Assembly (NCBI RefSeq): GCF_006345805.1
Contig: NC_043007.1
Span: 43,524,001 to 43,588,000, forward strand
DNA length: 64,000 bases
Origin: Octopus sinensis
Lineage: Eukaryota
Direction of reading: 5' to 3'
In this document: in pieces, positions 53,420-64,000 of the stretch
Position numbering within the stretch: the first letter of the stretch is position 1
How the letters are laid out: every line of letters starts with the position of its first letter
Translations under genes and position numbers: made by a program
The notes under the pieces: model-generated
What the model was told of the DNA's origin: nothing
The model's database searches: none
What the model saw: only the letters and a program-made list of their open reading frames with translations

Positions 53420-55345
53420 TTAATTTGTGATGGTGACCTTGGTGCAGGCGGTGTTAGGATAAGGCTGATACTGAAGAGGTATATCCGGGTTGTCGTCGGC
53501 CAGTGGCTTGAAATTTATCAGAAGGGTGTACCTCTGGTGACAGCAATACGATATTTCATATTTCTTGTTGATGGATACTGTGGTTTGGTCGCTGATATGC
53601 AGTTTTTCGCAGAGGCACAGCTGGCAGTCAGGGGCACCAGGTGAATATGGTGACACCCTGCCGATAATAGGCCACTTGATAATGGGTGTTTCGTCTCGAA
53701 AGTCACAAAATTTCCAGAGAAAGCGCGACAGAAGTGTGGAGTTCTCTATGTCCCCAGATGTAAATGACTGTAAGTGCTGGGAGTATCTTCCCTTGAAGTC
53801 CTTGGCTGTCATGCCCGTATAGTGACTAGCAATGCCATCGGATGGTGTAAGGGTGACTCTGTATACTACAGCCCTTGAAAGGCAGGGTCCTCCTGGGCGC
53901 AGGTGGTAGGGTTGCAAGATGGGTTTGTGCGTTGTGTAAGTGAGTTTTTTTACATCTGTTGATGTGTGCGATGTTGGATGTGATGTTGTCTAAGCAGGAA
54001 TTACTTACTTTGACATTATGGGTATTGAATAGTTTATAATAATCATGGCCTCTGGGGAAATGTTTCTTAATTAACGACAGCAAGCCCCTGGCTACGTTGG
54101 TAGAAATTTCAATGTTAAATGGGGAATATACCAGATTATTTTCTTTTTCCTAATTCTTTTGGGGTGAGAAGAGGAGGTTTGGGGTTCGTCTTCATACCTT
54201 AGCTTCTCAGAAAATCCGCTTCTAACCAAAGCATCGTTGTAGTGGTTGGGGGGGGGGGGCGGCTCTGTTAAAGATCTCCATGCTGGCTGAGAGTTTAGAC
54301 ACCCATTTGCTAATTGCCTGAAACCAGGTTTCTAGTTACAGCGTGAGTGGATGTGGGTGGGTACTTGAGCTCTTATGGATATATAGCATTTCTTCTTTAG
54401 GCTTCCCGTAGGGGCAGTATTTTCCCGTGTTCAGGCCTAAGCCTACGCCCAAGAAATCGTCAGGCTGGTAGTAATAGCTATGGACAGGAGGAACTCTGAA
54501 TATTCTTATCAAGTACTTCCTGAACCTGTCCATGGCGTGGCCATTCATATGGCTTGAGATAGCCAGGCCAACGTCCATATAGAGGGGCCGACCTATGTGG
54601 ATGGGTACGTCTCTTGAGGGTATTCAAAATGTATATCCCGACGAGGTCGGCGATTTCAGACCCGTCAAAGATTCCCATAGGGACATCAAACAAAGAATCG
54701 CTTTCATTCTTCACCCAGAAGGAAACATCATGGGTCAGAATTGACTTCCTGGCATTCATGACGATTCTGATATCAAGATCACTAATGCTGGTATATTGTC
54801 CAACAAAAACTAGGGTCTTCAGGAGGAGGAGTTTAGATACGAAAAAGGAGTTGTCAACAATGTCGAACTGCGTGAATTTGTAAGCTGATTTATTCTTGAT
54901 ACCACGGAACCAGTCAATCACAGCTGCGCTGGAAACCATTGAGTCAACTCTGTAGCCCTTCTGATGTCAGAGTTGATAGTATCGAGAATATGCTTGCTAA
55001 TGATACCTATCACGCTTTTGGAGGAGTTGATCATCCTGCATTTGGGGTTGGAATGGAAGTTAGGCTTTTGGTCCTATGGTGGAGTCGCGTGGCAAGGCGA
55101 TCCACGCGATCCTCTATCTTAAGGCAGATAGCTAGCGCCTCTGTTTCTGTCTTTGTATGTGGAATTATGTTTTTTTCAATGTTTTGGTGGTGGCGCTTGT
55201 GAGGAGTCTTGAGTGTGTGGAAATGTTTACTTCATAAATATTTTTTGGTTTTGTCTGCGAGAATGTGCAGATTGGGAGATTGTTTAATACTGGTCATATA
55301 GTCATTTAAGGATTTAAGGAAGGGGTTAGAACAATGCTGAACCTA
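53420..55345 (-). pseudogene. Penelope-like retroelement ORF (RT plus C-terminal GIY-YIG), 5' truncated and frameshifted
   Basis: ADKT, NPKCRMINSSKS.IG.ISK, QW..S.AVIDWF, QFDI, VPMGIFDGSEIADLVGIYIL, LYMDVGL (from YRDDGL), LIKKHFP, AVVYRV..HYTG.T..FKGRYSQH..SF, W..C.LCLCEK..I.....IN...E....CH. The 5' end abuts (TA)n. Confidence 0.92.
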
Positions 55346-55372
55346 TATGGATATATATATATATAATATATA

Positions 55373-55420
<48 letters not shown>

Positions 55421-56462
55421 ATGTATATGTATTTTTCTATGTATATGTACTATATACAAATATGTTTCTGATATATATATCATATACAGATATGTATGTA
55501 CTTCTTTATATGATATATATATGCATAGATATTTATATATCTATATTTGTATATTTATATATCTCTCCTTCTTTCTCTTCCCCCTCACATCACCTCGCAT
55601 ATATCTCCTCACAATCAAATAACATACATATCTTCTCACAATCTGACGTTTTGTAACTTTTAATTTAAATTCCGTTTTTCGTAAGACGAATCTTCTTCAT
55701 TTAACCCGTATTTGTGAAGTTCCTCCATTTTTACTTCCATTATTTATATATTTCCAGCTGCAGCATCCAATGTTTAGAACACTTGTTGCTTTCGGTTGTT
55801 CATATCTCAATTATTTCGTTGGTGTATTTGTTCTATTCACAAAAGAAATTCGGTATTTTTTGACCCGATTCGCATCTGTACAAATGACAATATATTTCAC
55901 GTATATTTATCATATCTTATTATTTTCCATCACCATAGATATTCTTTATATGAAGTGTTTGTACTGCAATTTTGCCTTTCTTCATACTGCAATTACCTCA
56001 TGATTTCGATTGTTATTTGCGGTATAATTTTCACTTACATCGTCCACAAAGGAAAAAAAGAAAGAGAAAAAAAGACAATACAAGATCTTTATCTCAGAAA
56101 TATTGTGTGTCGCACATAATGGCTTTCTTATTTTCTGTACAATTTTCAATTATACACACGTATATATTTAACGCAAAAGAAAAGGAAAAACCACATATAT
56201 TATAAAACTGTCAGTGTAATAAATGAACGTGATTGAAAAGTACAATCTCTCCTTTAAAAAAACGCGTCTTAAATTACGCGTGTCAGCATCCTATATATGG
56301 CTGCTTGAATCTTAGTTATGAATAGCATACATACATACACGCATACATAAGAATAGCTAATATGCTGCCACACACACATACACACGCACACATATAAATA
56401 TACATGTGTGTATGTATGTATATATTCACATATTTATATGCATATTGCAAATGTATATTGTG

Positions 56463-56735
56463 AAGGTGCGTGGCTTAGTGGTTAGGGTATTTGGTTAACG
56501 ATCGTAAGGTTGCGAGTTCAATCCCCGGAGGTGAGTTGTGTCCTTGAGCAGGACACTTTATTTCATGTTGCTTCAGTCCACTCATCTGGCGAAAATGAGT
56601 TGCACCTGTATTTCTAAGCGCCAATTTTGTCTGCCCAAGATGGCTCAGTAACTTGCATGTTAATTTCACAAGCAGGTTTTTTCCCCGTTGATCGGATCTA
56701 CTGGAACCCTCGTCATCGTAACCGACGAAGTGCTA
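56463..56735 (+). mobile_element. tRNA-derived SINE family 3
   Basis: ggtgcgtggcttagtggttagg (A box), gagttcaatccc (B box), tgtgtccttgagcaggacac core. Diverged relatives near 16210, 31070 and 51560. Confidence 0.8.
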
Positions 56736-56884
56736 GTTATATATAGTAATCATGTAAATGTGTGCGTGTTTGCATATATGTGTTCTGTTTCTCTTTTTAA
56801 TTTCGAGTAAATTTTTACCGGCCACCAACTTGGTAGTAAGGTTGTGAAAGAAAGTATCTTAATTTTATCAACATCATTTAAATC

Positions 56885-57290
56885 TTAAGAAGGTCTTGCA
56901 GAGATTTTAGTTTCATATATCATGACCATTTGTAGCATATGAATTAAGGATTTGCATTCTCTACCCAAAATTCCAAGTTCGACCATATTTTGCTCCCGGC
57001 GGGTTGTTATGTATCCTGTTGCTCCCATAATAAGTATGAAAGTGTATCTTGGGTACTGTATTTCCAAACTCTTCGTTAACAGTTACTAGATGTCTCTTTT
57101 CTCTTGTATTTTTCTAACCACATTGGTGTCTAGAGGGCAGTTGATTTTCACAACAGTACATATCTTTTCTTAATGACCCCACACAACAATATCTGGACGG
57201 TTATGTATTAACTTGGTGATTGTCTTGATTTTTAAGTACCACCAATATTCTTGTGACCCATCGGTCTCAATATATTCAACTTCGTCTGTC
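56885..57290 (-). mobile_element. R4/Dong-like non-LTR retrotransposon REL-domain fragments
   Basis: EYWWYLKIKTITKLIHNRPDIVVW (RPD motif) and IQYPRYTFILIMGATGYI...LIHMLQ...TKI. Confidence 0.75.
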
Positions 57291-57582
57291 TGTGGTATGT
57301 ATGTATGTATGTATGTGTATGTATGTATGTATGTATGTATGTATGTATGTATGTATGTATGTATGTATGTATGTATGTATGTACGCACGCACGCATACAC
57401 ACATACACATACATACACATACGTATATACGCACACATCTATATATGATATCTATATAGATGTATTGGGTTGTGTAATACAAAAGTGTGCATACGCGTAC
57501 ACACAAAGGCATCGAATTGCCGGAAAGATATGCTTATATGTGTGTGTGTGATAGAGGAAGGGAAAATATATACATAAATGTA

Positions 57583-57655
<73 letters not shown>

Positions 57656-58332
57656 TGCACATACACACATACACGTATATACCTAAACCAGTATGTATCT
57701 ATTAATCAATCTATGTATGTGTACATGTACGCGTGCAACACACACATACACATACAAGTACATACATGCACACACACATATCCCTGTATATACGTATGTA
57801 TATCCGAGTACATGTAATTCTCTATATAAGTAGATATAGTTTATTATAGATAATGTGTGTGTGTGTGTGTGCGTGCGCAGATTTTTCTGTACAAATATTC
57901 GTCGACAAAATCTAGACAAGAAAGTTTCTCATTATACAATGCTATTGTTGATGTTCAGCAACACAATTCATCTGGCATCTCTACTTCACAGAGGTCACTG
58001 ATCGGGAAAATCATTCTATCAATATTTTTTTCCTATGACTGCATCGTCTTTAATGAGGTAGTCGGAGTGGTGATAGTGGCGAAGGAAGCTCGTGTTTAAA
58101 ATACATAGCTTTCATTATAAAGCCCTGCAGTGAGTGGGAAGTTTTTTGGAGGAGATTTTTACACATCCGTTGATTACATACACTCCCATTTGTCAGTTGT
58201 GTCGACCGTGTTATTATTGTTGTTGTATTTGTGGGTTCGTTAACCTTTTGATCTTTCAGAGTTATATTATGTAGGTAGTCGGTTGAATGACTGGGAGATA
58301 ACCACAAATTGGTTTCAATAACACCCAATGTT

Positions 58333-58892
58333 AATCACAGATCCAGCGCTATTCACACTCAGTGTTTCATAGATACAGTGTATGTAAAATGACCGTACAG
58401 ATCCAGTGCTTCAGAAATGTATTGCCAATCGCGGACCCAGTGTTTCGCTAACCACAGATCCAGTGCTAACAACAGACCAACTGCTAACCACAGATCGAGT
58501 ATTTTGCAGAGCTAGTGCTAAGCGCAGGTCCAATACTAACCACGAATTCAGTGTTAACTACAGATCTAATGCTGACCACAGATCCAGCAACGATTACAAA
58601 TCCAGTGTTAACTCATGAATCAGTGCAGAATACAGATCCGAAGTAACCGTAGTTCTCATGCTTACCCAAGCTCCTGCGTTAACTACAGATCCAGTGTTCA
58701 CTACAGATCTAGTACTAACCACTGATTCACTGCCTCGAAGACGCAGTCTTTTATAGATCCAGAGATCGCCGCAGATCAAGCACTCAAGACAAAACCAATG
58801 ATAACGTTACACCCAGTACTCACTACAGATTTACCGCTAACCACAGATCCGCGGTTCACTACAGATCTGGTACTTCCAATCCAGTGCTAACC
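58333..58892. repeat. Degenerate 18-bp minisatellite (CTAACCACAGATCCAGTG)
   Basis: Many decayed units; translates as LTTDPV repeats. Confidence 0.85.
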
Positions 58893-59004
58893 GCTGACGA
58901 TGGTGCTGCTGCTATTTCTGTTCGGGTTTCTGCTTTTGCTATTGGCACTGTCAGTCATGCTACTGTTTTAGTAATTAGGAAAGCTACTGCTGCTGCTACT
59001 AGGG

Positions 59005-59797
<793 letters not shown>

Positions 59798-59827
59798 GCA
59801 TGCCTGCATGCCTGCCTGCCTGCCTGC

Positions 59828-59897
<70 letters not shown>

Positions 59898-60187
59898 GCA
59901 TATATTCATATAGAGAATTGAGGTAGAAACATAGAAAAATAAGTTCACGGTAATCAGAGACTCGTTAAAGGATCATTAAAATCAACATATTTAACAGAAA
60001 AGCTGAAAAACATAGATAAAAAAAAATTGCCTTTCCACCTCAATGTGGTTACCTTGAATTATTTGTTTAACTTTTATATGTCAATTCTCTATAAGGATAC
60101 ATTTGGTCCCTTTAGTTGAACAGTACCAAGATAAACCACGGTGAGATGAAAAAGAAGTTTTAAAATTAATACTTTTCTGCTTTTTGC

Positions 60188-60259
<72 letters not shown>

Positions 60260-61442
60260 ACACACACACAGACACACGCACGCACGCACACACACACATG
60301 TATATGTATGTATGTGTGTGTGTGTCCGCGTGCATCTTTGTGTATATGTCTGTGTGCATATATGAATGTATGCACGTATATATCTGTGTGTGTGTGTGCA
60401 CATGAGATCAAATATGGCGCATGAATGAAAATAATTCAATACGGATGAATAATTTCATATTACGATCATATGAACTCAATATAACACGTAACTATCAGTT
60501 TCATGTAAGTCATCTCCGTTTAAATCTGAAACAGCTTCTGTGTGGAACTTTACACTACGTATACCGAAAAATAAAAATAAAATGATTTTTTCCACTGCCA
60601 AGAAAATACTATTTCTGATGCACGAACAAGGGTCAGATCTGACAAATTACGTCCCCTGAAATGAGAATTGCTTGTAATTTGTGATATGTAGGGTAGACAA
60701 AGAGAGCGAAAGAAAGAAAGAGAAATAACGAAAATGATAAGGTTAGAAAGAAAGGAAGAAAGAAATGATATATAATAATGAAACAGGAGGAAGGACAGTA
60801 CTTTGAGACCGAGGTCATATGGAATTGGAATACACTGAATGATGGTAGTAACAAAAGCAACAATCTTAAAGACCAGCAACTGAGAATACATTTGTTCTTA
60901 AGTAAGCAAGGAGAAAATCTCAGATTTTGAGTTTAGGTGTAGTTCAGGTATAAGGGAATACTCTTCATTATCGGTTTCTTTTCCGCTAAAGACAATCTGT
61001 ATCTTCTGCAACTGTTGGTGAGTGGCTTGTAGTTTTTCAATAATTTCAACCTAATATTGTAATTGTAAATTTTCTCTTTTAAAAGCCATTAATTTTGTGA
61101 GTTCATGCTTTTTCTATATTCGTAGTTTGTGTACGAAGCAGTGTGATTATGTGGGTGTTTCACGAATTAAATTCGACATCATAGTCGACAGAAATACTGC
61201 ACGAATTATAAGTATTTTGTAACAAGACGAACTACTATTATTAAAAATCATAATGTAGCTGTTAATAACTCACATTTGCAATAATACGTCTTTCATTCTG
61301 TTATACAAAACTGCTTTACCAATTTCCCTCAAATAACGACGTGTAAATGTAGGTATAATAAGGCTTGGAGAGACTTAAGAAATGGTATACCATGGGGTGT
61401 AAGCCAAAACAAATGAAAAATCTAACAATCAAGTTTATAATA

Positions 61443-61780
61443 ATAATAATGGTTTCAAAGCTTGGCACAAGGCCAGCAAGCTCGGAGGAGGGGTGAAGTC
61501 GATTACATAGACTACAGCCCTCAGTTCGAAAGGATGAAAGGCAAAGTCTACCTCGGTAGAATTCGAACTCAGAGCATAAAGACGGACGAAATGCTGCTAA
61601 ACATTTTGCCCGGCGTGCTAATAATTCTGCCAGCCTTTTAACGATAGGCACAAGTTCTGAAAGTTTTGGGGAATGGGGTTGACGATTATATCGACACAAG
61701 TAAACACTTGTGTCGATATAATCGCCAACTGGTACTTATTTCATTAAACCAGAAAAGATGGAAGATGAAGTCGACTGCGG
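61443..61780 (-). mobile_element. SINE family 1 copies (one near complete, one partial)
   Basis: gaaaggatgaaaggcaaagtctacctcggtagaattcgaactcag...ttttgcccggcgtgcta..ttctgccagc, as at 1582-1978. Confidence 0.8.
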
Positions 61781-61857
61781 CGAAATTTGTACTCTTTTCT
61801 TATCTTCTCTTTCATTTGTGTGTGTTGTATCGTATCTTGTTCATTGATTCCGAAGTA

Positions 61858-63807
61858 CAGGTATACCTCACCCTAGGTCGTTAATTGGTTCCAGGAGATA
61901 CGATTTACGTCGAAAAACGACTTAAGTCGAATCAACTTGTCTCTAGGCTAGGCTAGGCCGAATTTACTTGTTTCTGTCCTAAACCGATAATAACTATTCC
62001 CAGTCCGGTACTTTATTTATGAATGCATCTTCAATAATACATGGTTAATAAAAACCTATTTTAAGTTTACAAACAAATAATTTTCATTTTTTAATACAGT
62101 ACAGTAAAAAAATGTAATCTAAATTTACGAATACAATTTGGCGGTGCTTACCGTACATCGTGGACGCTTTATTTATGAATGCGGTTTGCAATAGGACATG
62201 GTAAAACAAAAGCCTTTTTAAAGCTTACGAAACAAATTCAGTAAATATTATTATTTTGCAATTGTAAAAAAACAATAAAATTATTTAAAATTTACCAATA
62301 CGTACATACAATTTGGTGGTTTACATCGCGGATGTAGATGGCTGTGGATCGTTAGTATCAACAGCTAAATCTGGCTGTTCTTGTTGTTCGATGCACTTAA
62401 AAAATTGAACTGTCTTCTTTTCCTCAAGGATTACATAATAAGGAGCAAAAGCTTCGTGACAAACCCCCATAACGAGAAAGCAGCCGATAAACAGACGTAA
62501 GCAAATCTGAATTCAAAACAATCGCGGGTATCACGAATGACACCGACGCCTAACGGTAGATATTGAAACTACAGTTGCAGGGGAACTGACACATCCGGTT
62601 TGCAGTTGAAAAAGATTATGAAACGAAACTAGATGAATCGAAAATCATGATGGAAAATTTAAGGAAAGTCTTATAATGATAAGAGAAGTACTAAAAAAAC
62701 TGGATCAAAGTGTTAATATACTTCTGATGGGTGACTCAAACTTCACCAACATCAAATGGCGCGAAGACTACATAATCTCGCAAAGAGCGTAATCAAGCAG
62801 AATCTCTACTTGACCTCACAAAAATGCTGTTCATGGAGCAAACAATACTCTTCCCAACCAGGAATGATAACATATTAGACCTCTGTTTCACCAACAATGT
62901 AGGTCTTATCCATAACATGAAGGTAACGCTGACAATCTTTTCAGGCCACAGCATGGTAGAACGACGATGTATAGTCCAAAACCAATTAATGATGTATTCC
63001 ACACAGACGACACCCAAACTCTGTCTAGTCTAAACTTCTACAAGACTGAGTGGAAGTCAAATGAAAAATGGAATACATCATTAATTGGTTTTGGACTATA
63101 CATCGTCGTTCTACCATGCTGTGGCCTGAAAAGATTGTCAGCGTTACCTTCATGTTATGGATAAGACCTACATTGTTGGTGAAACAGAGGTCTAATATAT
63201 TATCATTCCTGGTTGGGAAGAGTATTGTTTGCTCCATGAACAGCATTTTTGTGAGGTCAAGTAGAGATTCTGCTTGATTACGCTCTTTGCGAGATTATGT
63301 AGTCTTCGCGCCATTTGATGTTGGTGAAGTTTGAGTCACCCATCAGAAGTATATTAACACTTTGATCCAGTTTTTTTAGTACTTCTCTTATCATTATAAG
63401 ACTTTCCTTAAATTTTCCATCATGATTTTCGATTCATCTAGTTTCGTTTCATAATCTTTTTCAACTGCAAACCGGATGTGTCAGTTCCCCTGCAACAATA
63501 GAAAGACCAATAAATAAGACAACGCAGTGATTTCATGATTTCGTTCACTAAGCTACACTCCTTTATGGTGTGTATCTTAACATTTACTGTATGTATTTTA
63601 ATATGATTTTATATGCTTTTATTCTTATTTATTTTATGTGCTTTTAACGGTTTTCTAGTGATTTTACCATTCCAATATTTGTGGCGGACAGGCGAAAGTC
63701 GAGTAAAAGGACAAACTTGATTTTTATTTTTCCATATATTATTTTTGAAAGCCGACGTATAATCGAGTACGACTTAAATCGAAACGACTTAAACCGAGGT
63801 ATGCCTG
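61858..63807. mobile_element. Tigger/pogo-like non-autonomous DNA transposon
   Basis: Termini CAGGTATACCTC and GAGGTATGCCTG (Tigger-type CAGGCATACCTC). TA on the left flank only. Subterminal (a)cgacttaa motifs near both ends; roughly 155-bp tandem dimer at 62010-62320. Confidence 0.65.
62574..63496. repeat. 923-bp fold-back: 428-bp inverted arms with a 67-bp spacer, made of a CR1/L2-type APE endonuclease fragment
   Basis: 62574-63001 vs 63069-63496; I see 1 mismatch. Encodes ILLMGDSNF..IKW, FMEQTILFPTRNDNILDLCFTNN, FSGHSMVE and LNFYKTEW. Confidence 0.92.
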
Positions 63808-63819
63808 CTTTTGTAAGTA

Positions 63820-64000
63820 ATCTGGCTTTGGTCTAATTCTTCTTTCATTTGCTTTATCTAGTGTGATGTTGCTACTCTTAACTAGTTTTCCTCTTTTCAA
63901 GGTTGCTTTGGCACATTTTTCTAAGCCAAATTTCATGCTTATTTCTGTGGTAAATCCATGTACCGCCTGTAGTAATGTTTCCAGCTGTTTATCATGTGTA
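63820..64000 (-). mobile_element. R4/Dong-like reverse transcriptase fragment, cut by the window edge
   Basis: QLETLLQAVHGFTTEISMKFGLEKCAKATLKRGK. Confidence 0.75.

Noticed and set aside
55671-55710. Minus-strand AUGAAGA-AGA UUCG UCU-AC GAAA hammerhead-like string near the PLE 5' flank
   Set aside because: C3 is missing, and no stem I, stem III or cleavage triplet can be built.

Overview
This is an AT-rich, microsatellite-saturated eukaryotic window. The SINE families look like those I recall from Octopus/coleoid cephalopod genomes; that assignment is inference from memory, not a search. I find no convincing host protein-coding gene, and most ORFs in the track are microsatellite artefacts. 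The window is a mosaic of decayed transposons: a hAT transposase pseudogene, Tc1/mariner and Tigger/pogo-like elements, MITEs, CR1/L2-type, RTE-type and R4/Dong-type LINE fragments, several tRNA-derived SINE families, and at least four Penelope-like element (PLE) fragments. The standout is 40405-41915, a young (about 99% identical) array of a 353-bp unit between two (TA)n tracts. Each complete ribozyme region carries a textbook type I hammerhead ribozyme (HHR) with a loop II/stem I pseudoknot, so this is a retrozyme-like, putatively circRNA-producing element. The array is folded back into a 504-bp-arm inverted repeat with ribozymes on both strands. Other HHR-related objects occur nearby: a tRNA-headed SINE with a minimal HHR inserted as an inverted composite with a 13-bp TSD, an atypical HHR-like motif shared by two PLE ends, and several decayed cores. 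Fold-back inversions recur at scales from about 40 bp to about 1.1 kb.
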